DNA of 63,136 nt from the IMG/VR virus record IMGVR_UViG_3300036770_007416, positions 1 through 63,136 of that record; one strand, 5' to 3'. The translations under genes were made by a program, and so were the position numbers. How positions within the stretch are numbered: position 1 is the stretch's first letter; every line of letters starts with the position of its first letter. Positions 10,217 to 19,959 of the stretch are shown here, piece by piece. The notes beneath the pieces are model-generated. The model was given only the letters and a program-made list of their open reading frames with translations, had not been told where the DNA came from and searched no databases. Origin of the DNA: a virus. Lineage: Duplodnaviria > Caudoviricetes.

Positions 10217-10938
10217 TCGTCGTATTTTTCTAAAATTTTTGTAATTAATGGATTTCGTACCACATCTTTTTGAGAAAACTCATGACACAAAATGGAATTC
10301 ACATTCTTGAATCTTGTAATTGCATCATAAAGACCTGAGTGAGTTTTATCTTTGTATCGGTCGGTCTGTTCCAAATCACCTGATATGAAAAACTTCGAAT
10401 TGAAACCAATTCTCGTCAATAACAATTTCATTTGGTTGGGAGTAGAATTTTGAGCCTCTTCAAAAATCAAAATTGAGTTGTCGATGTTCATTCCTCTCAT
10501 ATACGCCAAAGCAAAAACTTCGATAACCTCAATTTCTTTCAATTTCTCACGCGCATCCTTACCTATAATTTTATTCAGTAGATAATAAGTTGGAAAAATG
10601 TAGGGGTCTAATTTCTCCTCAACGTTTCCCGGTAGGGAACCCAATTTTTCTTCCGCTTCAACAGCCGGCCTTACAATAATAATCTTCTCATAAGGTGTTG
10701 TTGGGTCAACTAATAGGTCGACAGCAGCTTTCATTGCTATGTAACTCTTTCCAACACCTGCAGGTCCCGCACAAATCGTAATCTGTCCATCTTTAAGTTT
10801 ATCATAATATAATCTTTGACTTTCAGTTAAAAACTTTTCTTTAGTTTTTTTCTTCAGAATTGAACATATAATCTCCTTCTTGGTTTTTGGATTTTCTTGT
10901 GCCATGTAGGATGGCGTTGGAGTGGGTTTTTTCCTCAT
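10213..10938 (-). CDS. phoH: PhoH family ATPase
   Basis: Walker A GPAGVGKS, RPAVEAEEKLGSLPG, AYMRG, EEAQN, LLTRIG, GDLEQTD, VVRNPL. Confidence 0.95.
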   Translation of the reverse strand: MRKKPTPTPSYMAQENPKTKKEIICSILKKKTKEKFLTESQRLYYDKLKDGQITICAGPAGVGKSYIAMKAAVDLLVDPTTPYEKIIIVRPAVEAEEKLGSLPGNVEEKLDPYIFPTYYLLNKIIGKDAREKLKEIEVIEVFALAYMRGMNIDNSILIFEEAQNSTPNQMKLLLTRIGFNSKFFISGDLEQTDRYKDKTHSGLYDAITRFKNVNSILCHEFSQKDVVRNPLITKILEKYDE

Positions 10939-10940
10939 AA

Positions 10941-11327
10941 TTAATTTTTGTAATCCTCGTAACTTTTTTGTTCTTGGATTTCTGAACCAGCAACTTGGTT
11001 TATTTTATTTTTTATTTCAAACCGTTCATCGTTTGTAAAATAAACCGCCCGAGCTAGTTCAACAAATTTGTCATCAAACTTTTTATTTTTCTCACAAATT
11101 CTAATTTGGTCCTCGATGTTCCAAAGTTTTGTATTTGTAATAATTAAATCGTCATATAAATTAAATAAATCTTTATCATTCAAATAAACTTGAGAACGTT
11201 CGTAAAGAAGTTCATATTCTTTGGTTACTGAACTTAGTTTTGTTGGTTCCGAAATTTTTTGTTTTTTGATGTGAAGTATTGATAATTTATCGAGTAATTC
11301 ACCAAGACTTATAGGGATATTCAACAT
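10941..11327 (-). CDS. DUF6165-like protein
   Basis: IPISLGELLDKLSILHIK ... LWNIEDQIR ... LARAVYFTNDERFEIK ... EQKSY pattern. Confidence 0.7.
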   Translation of the reverse strand: MLNIPISLGELLDKLSILHIKKQKISEPTKLSSVTKEYELLYERSQVYLNDKDLFNLYDDLIITNTKLWNIEDQIRICEKNKKFDDKFVELARAVYFTNDERFEIKNKINQVAGSEIQEQKSYEDYKN

Positions 11328-11376
11328 AGTGTTTTTTTTACAATGTAGGTGAATTTTCCGAAAAAAAAACTTTTTA

Positions 11377-12741
11377 TTACCTACGAAGAAAATTTGTTAA
11401 ATCTTCTGGTGTACCTAATCCCCACATTTTGGCAATTTCATATGTTCTGATTTCTTTATTATCTTGAATTGCCTCATTAAACACGGGGCACACGTAAAAC
11501 TCATTATTAACCCTCAGATTTTTTTGAATCATTTGTTCGGCGTACTTCACATAATCGGAACCTTTTTTCCAATAATAAACTCCCACTGTTGCTATATCAG
11601 AAATAGGATTTTTTTCGGCAACCTCTGTTACCAAACCGTTTTCATTAACCTTAGCAAATGACCATTTAGGGTGGGATGATTTGAAAGTCACAATACCACC
11701 ATCACAATTGGTCTCCGACATTTTATACATAAATTCATTTGAGTCCCATTCTATGAATTGGTCTGAGTTTGCCATAACTAACGGGTTATCATTATCAATA
11801 TATTCTTTAGCCAAAAGAGTAGTGCTGGCAGCTCCCTCGGTGATACCGTCAACCTCAACGATTTTACAGTTAGGTGAAACCATACCAAGTAAGGTGTCTA
11901 AGTTATATTTTTCCCTGTGTGATTTTTGAACGATGAAAATGTAATTTGCTTTGATGTTCAAGTTTTCTGTTACGACCTTAATCATAGGGTCACCCTCAAC
12001 ATCAATAAGAGGTTTAGGAAAAGTGTATCCCGCTTTTTCAAATCTTGAACCTGCACCTGCCATAGGTATCAGTACATTAAGAGTCTCATCGGTCCATTTA
12101 GGTTTCTTCATTTTGAACTTGTTATTTATTTCATTCAATTTTTTATAGAGGTTTTGGATATTAACCTCTTTGGGGGACTTTACTCTAAGTATTGGTGCGT
12201 GTGTTCTTGCGGCAGCCAAAAGTCCGTAAGGAGAATCCTCCACAATTAAAGTTTCATCCGCAATAACTCCCATTTCAGAAATAACTCTCCAATAGATTTC
12301 AGGATGGGGTTTACTGTTCTTGACATCTTCATTGGATAAGATTTGGTCGAAGTATTCTATGATATTTAATTTGGATAAAACAGTTAGAACTGTTTTTCTA
12401 ATAGAATTACTACAACAAGCAATCTTGAAACCATCCTCCGACAACTTTTTCAGTAGTTCAATCAAGTTATTTTGTGGTTGAATGTTTTTTAATTTTTCGT
12501 TTGTGATTTTTTGTTTGTAATCCCAAATCAAACTATGGTCTTCTATTTTTAGTCCTTTTTCCTGAGTTAACATTTCAAGTTTTTGTTTGGTTTTTAATCC
12601 ATCATATTTTGATAAATGTTCATTCCAAGAAATGACACACTCAGGGGCATGTATTTTCAATGAATCATTCAATGCTTCGAAGTGTAATTGTTTTGCTTCG
12701 ATTAACACACCATCCAAATCAAATACTATTAATTTTATCAT
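11377..12741 (-). CDS. HAD phosphatase fused to sugar-phosphate nucleotidyltransferase
   Basis: N-terminal FDLDGVL, KPHPEIY, VEDS; C-terminal IPMAGAGSRF...PKPLI, EKNPIS, NNEFYVCP, GLGTPEDL. Confidence 0.9.
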   Translation of the reverse strand: MIKLIVFDLDGVLIEAKQLHFEALNDSLKIHAPECVISWNEHLSKYDGLKTKQKLEMLTQEKGLKIEDHSLIWDYKQKITNEKLKNIQPQNNLIELLKKLSEDGFKIACCSNSIRKTVLTVLSKLNIIEYFDQILSNEDVKNSKPHPEIYWRVISEMGVIADETLIVEDSPYGLLAAARTHAPILRVKSPKEVNIQNLYKKLNEINNKFKMKKPKWTDETLNVLIPMAGAGSRFEKAGYTFPKPLIDVEGDPMIKVVTENLNIKANYIFIVQKSHREKYNLDTLLGMVSPNCKIVEVDGITEGAASTTLLAKEYIDNDNPLVMANSDQFIEWDSNEFMYKMSETNCDGGIVTFKSSHPKWSFAKVNENGLVTEVAEKNPISDIATVGVYYWKKGSDYVKYAEQMIQKNLRVNNEFYVCPVFNEAIQDNKEIRTYEIAKMWGLGTPEDLTNFLRR

Positions 12742-13190
12742 CGGTATTTTGAAATGTAATCAGAACATATTCCCAAACAATTTATGAGAATATTTTTGTA
12801 AACAGTGTTTTCAGGTAATACCCAAATAGAATTTTCATAAACTTTTTTTCCGGGAAAAACCCACGGTATACCTTTGGAGGTTAGAGTGTAATCGTCGGTT
12901 TGATGCCAAAAACTATGAATTTTAGGATTTGATAACATTTTTGAAAATGCTTCTCGATTTTTCGCGTGACACCATAATTTTTCATTTTCCAAAAACTCTT
13001 CGTTGGTCAAATAAAGCGGTTCGTCATGACCCAAGTAAAATGAGCCATCAACAAACCACACGTCTATTTCAACTTCGTATCCCAAAGACAAAGCCCTTTG
13101 TACATAATCTGGCGAGTTTTCTATGTTTACAATTTTACCATCTATGTTTCCCCGATGTGAAATGTAATGTTTAATTGTTGAATTACGCAT
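12738..13190 (-). CDS. glycerophosphodiester phosphodiesterase (PLC-like) family protein
   Basis: ISHRGN, ENS, VEIDVW, LGHDEP, WCHAKN, GICSD. Confidence 0.75.
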   Translation of the reverse strand: MRNSTIKHYISHRGNIDGKIVNIENSPDYVQRALSLGYEVEIDVWFVDGSFYLGHDEPLYLTNEEFLENEKLWCHAKNREAFSKMLSNPKIHSFWHQTDDYTLTSKGIPWVFPGKKVYENSIWVLPENTVYKNILINCLGICSDYISKYR

Positions 13191-14157
13191 AATATTCCAA
13201 CCAATAATTAATCATTTCATCTATCATAGATTCAAACGTATATTTTGGAGCCCAACCTGTTACGTTCCTGAGTTTTGTAGAATCTCCTTTCAAATCGTGT
13301 AGTTCTTCTGGTCTTAAAAATTTTTCATCCAATTTGACATAATTTTTATAATCCAAACTTAGTTTACTAAATGTGTAGTCACATAATTCTTTTACGGAAT
13401 GTGAGATTCCTGTTGAACAAACAAAGTCATCAGAATCTTTTTGTTGAAGGATTAACCACATTGCTTCCACATAATCTTTTGCGTGTCCCCAATCTCTAGT
13501 TGCCTCTAAATTTCCAAGCTTGAGTTCAGTTGATAAATTGTAGTAAATTTTGACGGCTTCTTTTACAACTTTATTGGTTACAAAATTAGTTCCTCTTCTT
13601 GGTGATTCATGGTTAAATAAAATACCATTCGAAATAAACATGTTATAGGAGTTTCTATAGTTTTTACAAATGTTATATGAAAAAACTTTTGCACATCCGT
13701 ATGGAGAAACAGGTGTCATTGGGGTTGTCTCCCTCTGAAAACCATCTTCATCTATTGAATTTCCAAACATTTCTGAAGAAGACGCCTGATAAATTTTTAT
13801 TCGAGAGTCTATTAATCTAACCGCCTCAAGTAAATTAAGTGTTCCCAAACCAGTCACTTGTGCCGTGTAAATTGGCTGGTCAAATGATATCCGCACGTGA
13901 GATTGTGCGGCCAAATTATAAATTTCTGTGGGTTTGATTTTTTGTACTACAGAAATTAGTGAGGACAAGTCAATCAAATCCGCATAGTGTAATGTGATTT
14001 GACTAAATATTTTATCCAACCTTGCCGTTTGATTTTCACTTACAGAGTTCCTTTTCAAAGTTCCGTGAACTTCATAACCCTTATCCAACAAAAATTCCGC
14101 CAAATAAGAACCGTCTTGACCATTTATTCCAGTTATTAATGCTACATTGGATTTCAT
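13183..14157 (-). CDS. gmd: GDP-mannose 4,6-dehydratase
   Basis: ALITGINGQDGSYLAEFLL, YNLAAQSHV, QASSSEMFG, SPYGCAK, FNHESPRRG, RDWGHAKDYV. Confidence 0.95.
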   Translation of the reverse strand: MKSNVALITGINGQDGSYLAEFLLDKGYEVHGTLKRNSVSENQTARLDKIFSQITLHYADLIDLSSLISVVQKIKPTEIYNLAAQSHVRISFDQPIYTAQVTGLGTLNLLEAVRLIDSRIKIYQASSSEMFGNSIDEDGFQRETTPMTPVSPYGCAKVFSYNICKNYRNSYNMFISNGILFNHESPRRGTNFVTNKVVKEAVKIYYNLSTELKLGNLEATRDWGHAKDYVEAMWLILQQKDSDDFVCSTGISHSVKELCDYTFSKLSLDYKNYVKLDEKFLRPEELHDLKGDSTKLRNVTGWAPKYTFESMIDEMINYWLEYYA

Positions 14158-14170
14158 TTGTGTAAGTTTT

Positions 14171-14956
14171 TTAATTTAATTTTACATATTCTAATTTAGG
14201 GTTTGCCAAAATTGCAAATGTGGATAAATTCGATTTGCTACAAAGGAGTTTTTTCGTTTTACTCAAAATAAATGTATTAAGAGTTAAGTTTTGAATGTGT
14301 TTTTTTAATTCTTCAGGACTTTTATCATTCTTAAAGAAAGGATTTACCACGTTGTCGCTAGTAGTATCTTCTTCAAAAGATATCACCTTTTCCGAGTACC
14401 TTTTTATAAAAAGGTTCAAGTCCTGTAAATTATCTGACATAACAAAAATATTTTTCCAATCTTTTTCATCAATTATAGAATAGTATTGTTCCAAACTTGG
14501 GGCTGTTATGTGGTGTCCGACTCTCATATCGGTATCTCTTCTGTGAATTGAAATTGTATTTTCTAAGTCCATAGATTCCAATTTAGAATTAAGTTCACTT
14601 AAGAGTTCAGAGTTGAGTGGGAAATATTCTTTAATTACACTTTCAGCACTTACCCTTATGTCATCAGGATAAATTTTTAAGTCATAGTGATTGAAATTAA
14701 CATTACACTCAAACGTTTCTATATTTACATATTCATCACGGTGCGAAATAAAATCTTCTTTGTCCTGTTCAAAACAGACATCAAATAAATTTTCTTGTTT
14801 ATAATGATGTACTTTTGTTAAATCAAAATAAACTTTTAATTCTTCTTCAGGAAATTGTTTTTTTAACGAGATAATTTCAATTACCGCTTCAGTAAAGTAT
14901 GAGTAATAACCTCGGATGTCCGACTCATTTCTGATAGTTTTTACCAAACGCATCAT
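14171..14956 (-). CDS. fucosyltransferase-superfamily GT (NodZ/GT23/O-FucT-like)
   Basis: Motif I ISIHRRDTD, motif II IFVMSD, motif III ILSKTKKLLCSKSNLSTF. Confidence 0.65.
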   Translation of the reverse strand: MMRLVKTIRNESDIRGYYSYFTEAVIEIISLKKQFPEEELKVYFDLTKVHHYKQENLFDVCFEQDKEDFISHRDEYVNIETFECNVNFNHYDLKIYPDDIRVSAESVIKEYFPLNSELLSELNSKLESMDLENTISIHRRDTDMRVGHHITAPSLEQYYSIIDEKDWKNIFVMSDNLQDLNLFIKRYSEKVISFEEDTTSDNVVNPFFKNDKSPEELKKHIQNLTLNTFILSKTKKLLCSKSNLSTFAILANPKLEYVKLN

Positions 14957-14957
14957 T

Positions 14958-16121
14958 TTAACTATTGTTCAAAATTATTTTACAAATTAATTCGATTTCA
15001 GTTTCTTCGAGTTGAGGGTGATTAGGTACGTAAATCCCTCTTTCATCAATAATCGAGCAATTAGGTAGTATCATCTCACCATATACTTTTTTATAAAAGG
15101 GTTGTGAACCCATAGAACCAGAAATCAAAGGTCGACAAGCAATACCATTTTCAATTAATTCTTTTATTAAATTCTCCTTTTTTTGCTTATTTTGTGTAAT
15201 AACAGGAATTGCAAAGTTTGCGGTAAACGTGTTTTCGATTTCTTTTGGGAACCATACTTTTGGGGATAAAATTTCTGAATATTTTTTGAAGTTTTTGTTA
15301 CGTTGCTCAATTAATCCATCGATTTTTTTCAATTGATTTAATCCAATTTGTGCCTGTAAATCTGTGCTTCTGAGATTAAATCCTGGTATAAAAAAGGTGT
15401 ACAATGAACTAAAGTCATCACATTGCCATTCTTCTTGTAGAATACGTTGGTTTTCTAAAGGCAAGTCTCTTGACCACCCATGACTTCTAAGTTGTAACAA
15501 TGTGTGGTATATTTTCTCATCGTTTGTTGTAATAACTCCCCCCTCTATTGTACTCATTGTGTGTCCAAAATATGTGGAAAAAGAAGACATTAAACCAAAG
15601 TTTCCTAATCTTTTTCCTTCGAATTTTGTACCTTGAGACTCACAATTATCTTCTAAAAGTATGACATCGTATTTTTCACACAGTTCAGTAACTTTTTTCA
15701 TATCTGGTGAAAGTCCCAACACTGAAACTAATATCAGTGCGGATGGATTCTCATTGATAAAAATTTCCTCCAAATGGTTCAAATCTACAGAAAGATTTTC
15801 AAGATTACAATCAACCAACAAGGGTTTCAAATCGAATTGTAATATTGGGGCTAAGTCAGTTGCCCAAGAAAGGGATGGTACACAGATTTTGTTATTTTTA
15901 AGTAGATTCAAATACTTCAAAGCATACACCATCAAAAGATTTGCTGAAGACCCTGAATTGACAAATACAGAATATTTGGTCCCAATCCATTCAGACCATT
16001 TTGATTCAAATTCTAAAGTTAAAGGTCCTTTAGTCAACCGAGGATAAGTTGATAACCATTCAATTAAACTGTCGATATCTTTATTATCGATTGTGTCTTG
16101 TACTAATTCAATTTTTTTCAT
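14958..16121 (-). CDS. colD: DegT-family PLP enzyme, ColD-type GDP-4-keto-6-deoxymannose 3-dehydratase
   Basis: VNSGSSANLL, LLEDNCES, and FSTYFGHTMSTIEGG with His at the Schiff-base Lys position; lies between gmd and fcl. Confidence 0.75.
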   Translation of the reverse strand: MKKIELVQDTIDNKDIDSLIEWLSTYPRLTKGPLTLEFESKWSEWIGTKYSVFVNSGSSANLLMVYALKYLNLLKNNKICVPSLSWATDLAPILQFDLKPLLVDCNLENLSVDLNHLEEIFINENPSALILVSVLGLSPDMKKVTELCEKYDVILLEDNCESQGTKFEGKRLGNFGLMSSFSTYFGHTMSTIEGGVITTNDEKIYHTLLQLRSHGWSRDLPLENQRILQEEWQCDDFSSLYTFFIPGFNLRSTDLQAQIGLNQLKKIDGLIEQRNKNFKKYSEILSPKVWFPKEIENTFTANFAIPVITQNKQKKENLIKELIENGIACRPLISGSMGSQPFYKKVYGEMILPNCSIIDERGIYVPNHPQLEETEIELICKIILNNS

Positions 16122-17041
16122 TTTCTTAAATTTTCATAATTATTAATGAACCATTCAATTGTTGAATTGATTCCATACTCAAACTTTATAAATTCGAAAT
16201 TCGAGGGGATGTCGGTTTTAGCCGGTTTTCGGAATTGTCCTCTTGGTTTGGTTGAATCGAATAATAAGTCTTCTTCGTTGATTTCAAATTTTTTGCAAAT
16301 TATTTTTGCAACCTCCATAACAGATATTTCCGTTTCATTTATTGCTTGGAAATTATTTTCCGAATTCCAATTTGTTAACGCCCACAGAATGTTATTTGCC
16401 AAATCTTCTGAATGTATAAATTGTCTAAGAGGTGAACCATCACCCCAAATTACCATTTTTTCATTTCGTTGTTTTGCCAAATATGCTCGGTGTATCATTC
16501 CCGGAATTATGTGACTATGGTCAAGATTAAAATTATCGTGTGGACCATAAACATTTGTTGGGACCACGGATATCCAATTTTTTTTCAAAAAACTTCGGAA
16601 AATTTTTGTTTCATAACCCGACAAACGTTTTGCATATGAATACCCTTCGTTGGAGGGGTGGGGTCTTCCATTATCTATTTGGTCTGAAGTTAACGGATAA
16701 ACAATGTTTGTATCAGGAAAAACACAAGTTGATAAGAGGTTTACGAAATTAGGAACTTCAAGTTCAAAGGCGGACTGAAGAACATTTTTGTTAATCAAAT
16801 AGTTTTCTAAAAAAAACCCGTGATTATTACTCGAATTAGCCCCGACCCCACCGACTTTTGCGGCACAGTGGATAATGGTATCTACACCCGAGTTTTTTAC
16901 GTGATATTCAAAATAATCTTTTGTTTTTTTTGCGTCAAATAAATCGACGTCTTTTCTAACGTGATAAACATGTTCATCCCCTAAAATCTTTTTCAAAGCA
17001 CTTCCAACCAAACCGTTAGAACCTGTAACTAATACTTTCAT
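16118..17041 (-). CDS. fcl: GDP-L-fucose/GDP-colitose synthase (epimerase-reductase)
   Basis: VTGSNGLVG, AAKVGG, LSTCVFP, YSYAK, PTNVYGPHDNF, SHIIPG, WGDGSPLRQF; start placed at MKVLV. Confidence 0.9.
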   Translation of the reverse strand: MKVLVTGSNGLVGSALKKILGDEHVYHVRKDVDLFDAKKTKDYFEYHVKNSGVDTIIHCAAKVGGVGANSSNNHGFFLENYLINKNVLQSAFELEVPNFVNLLSTCVFPDTNIVYPLTSDQIDNGRPHPSNEGYSYAKRLSGYETKIFRSFLKKNWISVVPTNVYGPHDNFNLDHSHIIPGMIHRAYLAKQRNEKMVIWGDGSPLRQFIHSEDLANNILWALTNWNSENNFQAINETEISVMEVAKIICKKFEINEEDLLFDSTKPRGQFRKPAKTDIPSNFEFIKFEYGINSTIEWFINNYENLRK

Positions 17042-17820
17042 ATAACTATCCATTTTTCACAATATAAGTCTTTTGTTTCAAGATGTGAATTTGATTTACC
17101 AAACCATTTTTGAGGTGCAATAACTTTTTTATTTTCATTGGTATTGAGCCAAGCACCCCACCAACTAAAACTAGAATTTGCTATTATATTATTTGCACAT
17201 TGAGTCATTAAAAATAATTCTTCAAAATCTTCATTACCTGACACAAAAGTTTTATTTTTTATAAATTCAAAATTTTCTTCACACCAACTTATGTCGTCTG
17301 AAAAAATTAAGAAATCAGTATCATTTCCTACAATATCAATCGCGTTTCTGTAGTAATCCAAGTTTTGATTTTCGTGGAAATCATTTAACCAAACATAATC
17401 ACCCCGTCTTACATGAATTGAAGTTGGTTTTTTTTCAAGAACTTCTTTATACTTGGTTGTAATTTTTTGTTGTGTTTCCTGACCAAATTCAAATAATTCG
17501 ATAATTTCTTGTCGATATGTTTTGAAATATTTTTCACTCTGAAAATATCCATATAGTCGTAAATTACCCTCAACTTGTGGTATTTCTCTAAAAGAAAATG
17601 GACCCTCCCCATACGGTATGTAAGGGATAAGGTCATTGGTGAACTCTATCTTTGAGAATATATTTCCCGTATAATTAGTTAAAGGTTTTTGGGGGGACTG
17701 TATATCATAAGTTTCACAGACGAGTTTTTTTTTATCTCTCAAAGACACAGCATATGCTGTGGCTATTTGAAACATATAATTTCCCAATCCCCCCATCAAT
17801 TTGGTGGAAATTGTATTCAT
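17038..17820 (-). CDS. alpha-1,2-fucosyl/colitosyltransferase (GT11)
   Basis: MGGLGNYMFQ, GYFQSEKYF, HVRRGDY, FSDDISW, IIANSSFSWWGAWL. Confidence 0.9.
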   Translation of the reverse strand: MNTISTKLMGGLGNYMFQIATAYAVSLRDKKKLVCETYDIQSPQKPLTNYTGNIFSKIEFTNDLIPYIPYGEGPFSFREIPQVEGNLRLYGYFQSEKYFKTYRQEIIELFEFGQETQQKITTKYKEVLEKKPTSIHVRRGDYVWLNDFHENQNLDYYRNAIDIVGNDTDFLIFSDDISWCEENFEFIKNKTFVSGNEDFEELFLMTQCANNIIANSSFSWWGAWLNTNENKKVIAPQKWFGKSNSHLETKDLYCEKWIVI

Positions 17821-17823
17821 TTT

Positions 17824-18621
17824 TTAGAGTGTTTCCAAAAAACTTGTTATTTCACTTTCGATACGTGCTCTGTGGTCGTTGTATTTCATAGATTCCTCGA
17901 AATTGATTTCAACAAATTCCAACATGCTCTGATAAGTTTGTTCATTGATTTGTTTCAATGATTCTTTCAGTTCCTCCAAAGTTTTTACATGAATGATACC
18001 TCTTATATCAAAAAATTCTCCAATGTTTTCACATCCGATGTAGATTGGGACCGTCTTAGTCTGAAAACAATCAATCAATTTTTCAGTGAACCAATTTTTT
18101 GAATTAACATTTTCAATAACAATATGAAATTGTGAATAAAATAATTCATTTTTTACAACATGATTTTTCATATTCCTGAACCCGTCTTCCACACGGAAAA
18201 CTGTATTGATACTATTGTACATATGATAAGGAATGTTTTCAATTTCTGATAAAACATTAGGAATGGAATGTCTAAGGACATGTCCACTACATTGAGTTTT
18301 TCCACCAATCAAAGTTGTTACACAGTATTCCTTTTCTTCGAAGTTGAAATCTTGTACCCAAGTTGTTCCATAAGGGAAAAGTTTGGCGTTGGGACACGAA
18401 CTTAAGATTTGGTCGTCCCAAGTAAGAATCAAATCAAACTTATCACAGTTGTTGATTGCACTTTCTCTGAAACCTGACACCTCATTTGGTTCAATTATCC
18501 ATAGAACTCGTTGAGCTTCTTTGGGTGTTGTTGGAATTCTGTCAACATATAGTTCACAAGGAACTTTTGTCTGAAATTGGATATCCAATCCGAAATTTGC
18601 GATGATAGATAAATTATACAT
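17824..18621 (-). CDS. alpha-1,3/4-fucosyltransferase-like (GT10)
   Basis: FHIVIENVNSKNWFTEKLIDCFQTKTVPIYIG matches the GT10 motif. Confidence 0.8.
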   Translation of the reverse strand: MYNLSIIANFGLDIQFQTKVPCELYVDRIPTTPKEAQRVLWIIEPNEVSGFRESAINNCDKFDLILTWDDQILSSCPNAKLFPYGTTWVQDFNFEEKEYCVTTLIGGKTQCSGHVLRHSIPNVLSEIENIPYHMYNSINTVFRVEDGFRNMKNHVVKNELFYSQFHIVIENVNSKNWFTEKLIDCFQTKTVPIYIGCENIGEFFDIRGIIHVKTLEELKESLKQINEQTYQSMLEFVEINFEESMKYNDHRARIESEITSFLETL

Positions 18622-18627
18622 ATTAAA

Positions 18628-19398
18628 TTAATTTTTTGTCCAAAATATTCCACATTGGTCTATTATGGTTATTTCTTCCGTGAATGAGTTCACTTCTCTG
18701 AATTTATGAACCGCATTTTTACAATTCGGGATGCAATAATCGTCAATAATTACTCGACCTCCTTTTACGACTTTATGATAACATGAATCGAAAACATCCA
18801 TTGTTGATTTGTACATATCACCGTCCATTCTCAGAACACTGAGTTCTCCGATTGAATCATTGTTTGGTAGTGTGTCTTCAAACCAACCCTCCAAGAAGAT
18901 AACATTTTCATCCAAAGCTCCGTACAACTTAAAATTGTTTTGGACATCCGCCAAAGAAACTCTCAAGAAATCAATGGTATGGTGAGGGTCTCCAGCATCT
19001 TCTTGGACTTGGGGTGGGGGAAGTCCCTTAAAAGAGTCTGCAACAAATACTTTTCTATTCATTCCATAGAGGTCAAAATATTTTTTTGCGAAAATTGAAG
19101 CTCCTCCTCTCCAAACGCCAGTTTCGATAAAATCTCCTTGTATGTTGTTTTCACGTACATAATCCAAAGATTCGTGAAGGTTATTCATTCTCTTTAATCC
19201 AATCATTGTGTGAGCTGAGTGAGGCCAATCTCTACCGTAAAGTCTGTCATCACTTACCTGTCGTGAAATGATTTCCTCCATTTTGGTATCTGTTGGGTAG
19301 ATACCATTTGCAAAAAATTCATCTGTAATTTGTTTGTCACCTACGGTGTCTGTAAGAACTCTTTGTATAAATAAAAGTTTGAGTTTAATATTATCCAT
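18628..19398 (-). CDS. TylF/MycF-family sugar O-methyltransferase
   Basis: GDFIETGVWRGG, DSFKGLP, GWFEDTLP, LRMDGDMYKST, IIDDY. Confidence 0.9.
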   Translation of the reverse strand: MDNIKLKLLFIQRVLTDTVGDKQITDEFFANGIYPTDTKMEEIISRQVSDDRLYGRDWPHSAHTMIGLKRMNNLHESLDYVRENNIQGDFIETGVWRGGASIFAKKYFDLYGMNRKVFVADSFKGLPPPQVQEDAGDPHHTIDFLRVSLADVQNNFKLYGALDENVIFLEGWFEDTLPNNDSIGELSVLRMDGDMYKSTMDVFDSCYHKVVKGGRVIIDDYCIPNCKNAVHKFREVNSFTEEITIIDQCGIFWTKN

Positions 19399-19402
19399 TC
19401 TT

Positions 19403-19954
19403 TTAGTTTTTTTTGAGGATTGTTAGTCCGTTGTTATTTTGGAAAACTTCATGTATTTGCCAATTTGTATTTTCTGAAAGGAATTCTTCGATTGCTGGCC
19501 ATATACCAACTTCGTTTGGTGTTTCCCCTTTAGTTCTGAAAGTTTCTGTATCGTGAAAAACCAAATATTTTTTTACTTTGTTGTGATGAACTTCTAACTC
19601 CTTTTTTATTTGGGGGTAAGTGTGTAAAGTATCTATAAAAAGTAGGTCACACTCGGGAATTTCGACAGTTCTACTGTCGGAAAGAATAAATTCATAATCT
19701 ATGTTTTTTTCTTTTGCAATCGATTCTACTAAGGGTAAATCAACTGAGTTGTACTCTGATGGGTGCTTATAATCAACAGAGATTAATTTTTTTGGGTTTC
19801 CAAGTAAGAATGCCCATGTAGAAACGATGGTTCTTACTCCCATCTCAACGATGGTTTCACACTCTTCAGAGTAACGCTTCAAAGTAGGTAGATGTTCATT
19901 TATATCACTTGAGGTTCCAACCTTAGTGTCGTATATGCTTTGTAATTGGTCCAT
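19403..19954 (-). CDS. class I SAM-dependent methyltransferase (Methyltransf_24-like)
   Basis: VEMGVRTIVST, DLLFIDTLHTY, FHDT, NNNGLTIL. Confidence 0.8.
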   Translation of the reverse strand: MDQLQSIYDTKVGTSSDINEHLPTLKRYSEECETIVEMGVRTIVSTWAFLLGNPKKLISVDYKHPSEYNSVDLPLVESIAKEKNIDYEFILSDSRTVEIPECDLLFIDTLHTYPQIKKELEVHHNKVKKYLVFHDTETFRTKGETPNEVGIWPAIEEFLSENTNWQIHEVFQNNNGLTILKKN

Positions 19955-19959
19955 TTTTT

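Noticed and set aside
11351-11369. GAATTTTCCGAAAAAA-like sequence also seen near 36144
   Set aside because: Low complexity, only two imperfect copies, no consistent position.
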